From: the human T2T-CHM13v2.0 reference genome, Homo sapiens
Length of the DNA stretch: 64,000 nt
Direction: 5' to 3' (one strand)
NCBI RefSeq assembly: GCF_009914755.1
Contig: NC_060942.1
Part shown: one piece after another, positions 59,103 to 64,000 of the stretch
Position numbering within the stretch: position 1 is the first letter of the stretch
Layout of the letters: each line of letters begins with the position of its first letter
The notes under the pieces: generated by a model
Databases searched by the model: none
Seen by the model: only the letters and a program-made list of their open reading frames with translations
Told to the model about the DNA's origin: nothing
Position numbers and translations under genes: made by a program

Positions 59103-59695
59103 GTGTGCTGGTCACATCCTAAGGTGGCTCGCAGTGGCCCAACCTGTGTAACTCCCTCCTCTCGAGCTTGGTGAGACCTATGACTTGCATCTGACAATAG
59201 ACTATGGCAAAGCCGCTGCGACATCATTCCTGTGATTATGACTATCAGACTCCGTCTTAGACTGGAGGGAGAAATTCTCCTGCTGGCCTTGAAGAAGCCA
59301 GTTGCTCTGACGTGAGCTTCTTTCAGAGAAGGCCACATGGCTGGCCCCCTCAGGGACCTCTAGGACCCGAAGGTGGCCTCTAGCCAACATCCAGTTAGAA
59401 GCTAGGAGCCTTCAGTCAGTCCTACAACAACAAGGAACTGAATTCTGCTAACGATCACATAAGCCTGGAAAAGGCTGCTCAGCTCCAGAAGGAATGCAAG
59501 CCAGCCAACACCTTGATTGCAGCCTTGTGAGGTCTGATGTTACCATCAAGATAGATAACGCCAGAACTGAATTACCAGCACCCAGCTCAGCTGTGCTGGG
59601 ACACCCGGCCTCTAGAAACTGTGAGATGAAAAATGCGTGTTGTTTAAGCCACTAAATTTGTGGTAATTTTTTATACAGCAATAGAAAACTAATAC
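59103..59695 (+). mobile_element. MLT1E-like LTR
   Basis: caaggaactgaattctgc...acaccttgattgcagccttgtgag...aagccactaaatttgtggtaat...gcaatagaaaactaatac. Confidence 0.88.
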
Positions 59696-59940
59696 TATTA
59701 TTGTAATAGTAACAATAACCGTTATAATAACAGCATATTGGAAATTAGTATGTGCCAGGCACTGGGCTAAGCTCTTTATACACAGAAATTCATGATTTCA
59801 TTTTGAAGAAACAATATAGGATGGGTTCTGGCTCTGAACACAGACCACCAGGTTCCACGCGCTAGTCCTGTCTACTCGCCAATGACAGGGCCTTCAGCAA
59901 GTCACTCAACACCATTTCCTTTCAAGCCTCACATTTGTCC

Positions 59941-60240
59941 TTTTTGGTTGTTTATTTTTTGAGACAGGGTCTCGCTCTGTCACTCAGGCTGGAGTGCAGT
60001 GGTGAGATCATGGCACACTGCAGCCTCGACCTCTTGGGCTCAAGCAATCCTCCCACCTCAACATCCTAGGTAGCTGGGACTACAGCCACATGCCATCATG
60101 CTCGGCTAATTTTTTTTTTTTTATAGAGACAGAGTCTTGCTTTGTTGCCCGGGGTGGTCTTGAACTCCTGGCCTCAGGTGATCAGTCTGCCTCGGCTTCC
60201 CAAAGTCCTGGGATTACAGGTGTGAGCCACCGCGCCCGAC
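59941..60240 (-). mobile_element. AluJ inserted in a MIR
   Basis: cactgcagcctcgacctcttgggctcaag; MIR halves at ~59820-59935 and 60241-60350. Confidence 0.92.
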
Positions 60241-60404
60241 ATAAAATGGGTTTAAGAATGGTGTCTGCCTCACGGAGTTGATGATAGGGTTACATGAAAT
60301 AATCCTACATCAGTGCCTGGCTCAAGGTAAATGCACGATAGTCACTAATTGTTGTTGCTGTCATCGCTACTATTTATTATATTGTTACATTCACGGTAAT
60401 TAAG

Positions 60405-62240
60405 AGACCTCCTCTGCCACTCATTCATTGGGTGGCCTCGAGCAAGTTATTTTCTTAACTGAAGTTCTTCATCTGTAAAATGGGCATAGAAACAATACCT
60501 TCCCTGTAGGATTTTTATGAGGATTAAATGAGACGGTGCCTGTGCCACAGTGCTATGTCCAAGGTCTGACAGATGAGATAGACTTCATTCCCTTCTATCA
60601 GGGTGGAGAGGTGCCTCCTGGAAAGAGGCCAGTGTCAGATGGGACGCTATGCTCCCTTCCTTCATTCAGCAGTTTCATCTGTAAGACTGTGAAAAGGCAC
60701 CTAGCACAGTAATCGAGGACTTGTGCCAATTCTCAGTAAGAAGGAATAGCTGCTGCTATGGTTGCATATGATCAGCATAGCTTTCCCAACATGGGTTCTT
60801 TATTGTAATCATTTTACATGTGCAAAACTGAGGCTTTTATAGAGGGTAACTTGCCCAATGCCAAACAGAATCAGAACTGAAAGGCAGATCTGCCTGGTTC
60901 TAAAAGCACAAATACTCCAGAAAAGCATATTTTGCATAGATTACAGTGGACTAAGACCCTTAGCAGGGGTCAAAGCAAACAGTACACTTGGAGATGGAGG
61001 ATGGGGGAAAAGGGAGTAAAGAAGGATGGTCAATAAACGTAGGTGATGACAAGAAGGAAAAGAAAACAAAGGCTAAATGAAATTTCTGGTAAACAAGCTC
61101 ATGGCACTAAGATGCATTTAATTCCACTTATACATTTTACAAGTGATTGTGATTTTTACAACAAAACGGTGACACTGGGTTAGAAGTTCTCATTTCCCGT
61201 CTCAGGGATGGAGTTGTGGACAACCCAAGCAAGTACTTCTATGTCTGATTTCTGTGGGGCCGTGAGCTGAGACAGACACGATTGCAAAATCTCACAGTCT
61301 GGCTGGAGCTAGTCGGGAGGGGGAATCAACTGGTCTCTCTTTATCCAGATAAAAGAAGGAAGGCAATCAGCAATGGGATGAAGTTGTGCCAGGGACACAC
61401 ACTCTGACTTCATGCCAGTTTGCATCCTGGCTTGGCTCTTTTGGAATTTCAGGGCCTCCCCCGACAGTGTATCCTACCACCCATGCATTGGTGTCACACC
61501 AGATTGACCTTTGGGGCAGCGGCAGGATTAGTACAGTGTTGTTTGTGCAACAAAGTTACCATCCTAGAGCTGACTGAGCTTGCTGGAGCACTTTTGTAAT
61601 ATGAGATAGGCCTGGTTAGCATCCTGGATTACGATGATGATGATGATGATGGTTAACATTCATTGACTTGAAGAGTGCATTGAGACATTGCGAGACATTC
61701 TAATGGAATGCTAAGAGCACAGACTTTGAATCTTAATTACCTGGGTTTAAATTTCAGATCTGCTACTTACTAGCTGTGTGACTTTGGACAAGTTACTTAA
61801 CCTGCCTCAGTTTCTTCATCTGTAAAATAGAGATAATTATAGTACCTCCATCATACGGTTGTTGTAAGGTTTATATGTTGTTACAGGCAGTATAATGTGT
61901 ATGTGTGTGTATAAATACATGTGGTATATATACACACTATACATGTGCATGTGTGTGTATGTGTATATATATATTTTTACATACTCCTGTGTGTGTATAT
62001 AGTTACATAATATATAAAGCCTTAAGTACAGTGAGTGATAACTATGATTGAGGGCTTCCTCTGTGATAAATGCTCTAAAGACATGATCTCATCTCATTTT
62101 TAAAATGGTGCTGTGAGGCTTCACTTTTTCCATTTTACACATGAGGAACCAGAGGCAGAGAGGTTAAGTGACATGTCACAGGTCACGTGTTGATGAAACT
62201 AGGATTTAAATCCTAGTTTGTTTGACTTCAGAGCCTGACA
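60405..62240. mobile_element. Several MIR remnants (~60405-60560, 60800-60910, 61700-61880, 62020-62240) and a TA/TG-rich tract (61890-62020)
   Basis: MIR core motifs ttcatctgtaaaatggg and cattttacacatgaggaa. Confidence 0.75.
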
Positions 62241-62689
62241 TTTCTCTTGATGACTATGCAAGTGTAACCTATGCCATCTCCCCATGGATTGAAGCAAAGG
62301 AAATCCTGCCCACAAATATCTTTCATATACCAACACAGAAATTCAACTGCAGTACTGTCTACAAAGTATTTCGTAGCTGACTGGTTTTAGCATAAAATAA
62401 TTTATGGCTACTCTAATACAAATTAGAATGTTATACAAGATACCTGCATGCGTGCTGCTGGATAAATGAATTTCACAATCTGCACCTGCAGAGTGAGGCA
62501 GGTGAGCCTGTTGGGGAGCGGGGATTAATTGAGAATGTTTCTTTCTTTTCTCCAAGAATGCACACTCACTACCCAGGAATAATGAGAGTTTTATCAGGTT
62601 GCAATTGAAGAGGAACAAAGAATCCAAATTAGGCATTGTGCTAACTAGCTGCATTTAGTTACCCAGAGGATATCATTTAGTGCCACAAG

Positions 62690-63696
62690 ATTTCATTCAT
62701 TCAAAAGAGAGACTGGCAGCTGCTGTGCCACATTGTACTGGTTGCTGAGGGAGTGCTGATGAGCAGTCCAGAGTCCTGCAAGCAGGAAAAGCTTGTCTAA
62801 TTGAGGGGCCATGGCGTGGAGCATGGTGGTCTAAAAGCATGGGGGACCGAAGGGTGTCTCTCTGCAGACAGAAACCCCCAAAAGCTCATGGTGGAAGTGA
62901 GTTGGGCCCAGTGGATGAATAGGGGCTCACCAGGCAGAGAGCAGAATAAATAAAGGCCTGCCAGGTAGGAGAAACTATATTTGCAAAGACATGGAGGAAT
63001 GAAAAGCTTGCATGCTCAAGAAACAGCAGGAAGTTTGGTCTTGCTGGCGCAAAGGGTGAAGGGAGAGAGAGGAGGAGGGTGGTGTGGACTATGTAGCTGA
63101 CAAGGTCCATAGGTTGGGCTGGAAAGGCCCTGCGCTTGTTTCCAGGAGTGTAGGCTACAGCTTTGGGAAACAGGGGTTGAGCATCAGGCAGTGACACAGC
63201 TCTTCACATGTTTGCCTTGTAAAGATTGGAAGAGGGTAAGGCTGGCAGAAGAGCGACCAGAAAAAAGAGGATTGCAACAGTTAAGACAAGAGCTGATGAA
63301 AGGTTGAATTCAGGAAGTAGCAGTGGGGAAGAGGGAGAGTTAAGAGATGGGAGGGAGACTGTTGGCATTGAAACAACAGGGATTGCTCTCAGATCAGATG
63401 GGAAGTTTGAGGGGGAGGAAGGTATTAAGGGGGACTCTGAGATTTCTAACTGTGGACAACCAGATACTTGACTACATAGGAAACACACAAAAAAGCATTC
63501 GCAGAAAGAAAAAGAAATATTGAGTTTGAGATGGATGTGGATATATGAAGGGTGTGTGCCTGACTGATTTTTATTTCAGACAGTAGGCAATTGATACATG
63601 GTGGTTGAGTTTGCTGGGTTCTAGCTTGAAGGGCCAGTGGGCAGATGTGGTGCCGGAACCCAGGTGGGCATTGAGGGGTGGAGACCAGACATGGAG
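62690..63696 (-). mobile_element. L2
   Basis: ttcattcattcaaaa...tgtaaagattggaagagggtaaggctgg...ggggactctgagatttctaac. Confidence 0.75.
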
Positions 63697-63962
63697 GTCC
63701 CTAGTATAAGGGTTATAGCTCAAGCCTATAGCTCAAGTCCTATAGTTCAAGCCTATAGCTCAAGTCTATAGCAAGTCCTATAGCTCAAGCCTATAGCTCA
63801 AGTCCCTAGTATAGGGATTATAGCTCGAGCCTGTAGCTCAAGTCCTGTAGCTCAAGTCTATAGCTCAAGTCCCTAGTACAGAGGTTACTGATCAAGCCTA
63901 TAGCTCAAGCCTACAGCTCAAGTCCTATAGTTCAAGCCTATAGCAAGTCCTATAGCTCAACC
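63697..63962. repeat. Minisatellite of 12-15-bp units (TATAGCTCAAG(T)CC) with higher-order structure
   Basis: About 17 units punctuated three times by gtccctagta(t/c)a...tta. Confidence 0.93.
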
Positions 63963-64000
63963 AGGGGCAGCTACGTGGCATGAAGGGGGAGTGGGCTGAG

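Noticed and set aside
63697-63962. CRISPR-like appearance of the terminal repeat
   Set aside because: No unique spacers, units only 12-15 bp, primate nuclear context, no cas genes.

Overview
This is repeat-rich primate nuclear DNA, most likely human or great ape: it carries AluJ/S elements and a near-pristine L1PA2-type 3' end. I found no recognisable protein-coding exon, tRNA, CRISPR array or CpG island. Nearly all listed ORFs are Alu, L1, L2 or low-complexity read-throughs. The window looks intergenic or deep intronic. It holds about 25 Alu/FLAM copies (some nested), L1PA/PB/M fragments, many L2 and MIR copies, CR1/L3 remnants, MaLR/ERVL LTRs, and MER30 and MER2 DNA transposons. Two RNA-derived retropseudogenes are present: a full-length U13 snoRNA copy and a 42-nt 5' fragment of 5S rRNA. 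The best leads are: a ~3 kb repeat-poor block (53.3-57.0 kb) that may be an old processed pseudogene of an unidentified gene; several well-formed non-coding + strand exon candidates plus a possible recursive splice site; a ~650-bp polypyrimidine (triplex-prone) region with a local duplication; a templated-insertion scar at a THE1 LTR edge; an LTR-PBS-splice donor cassette; and a higher-order minisatellite at the right end. None of these amounts to a demonstrated new biological system. Repeat family names are by-eye matches to remembered consensus sequences, and boundaries of old elements are approximate.
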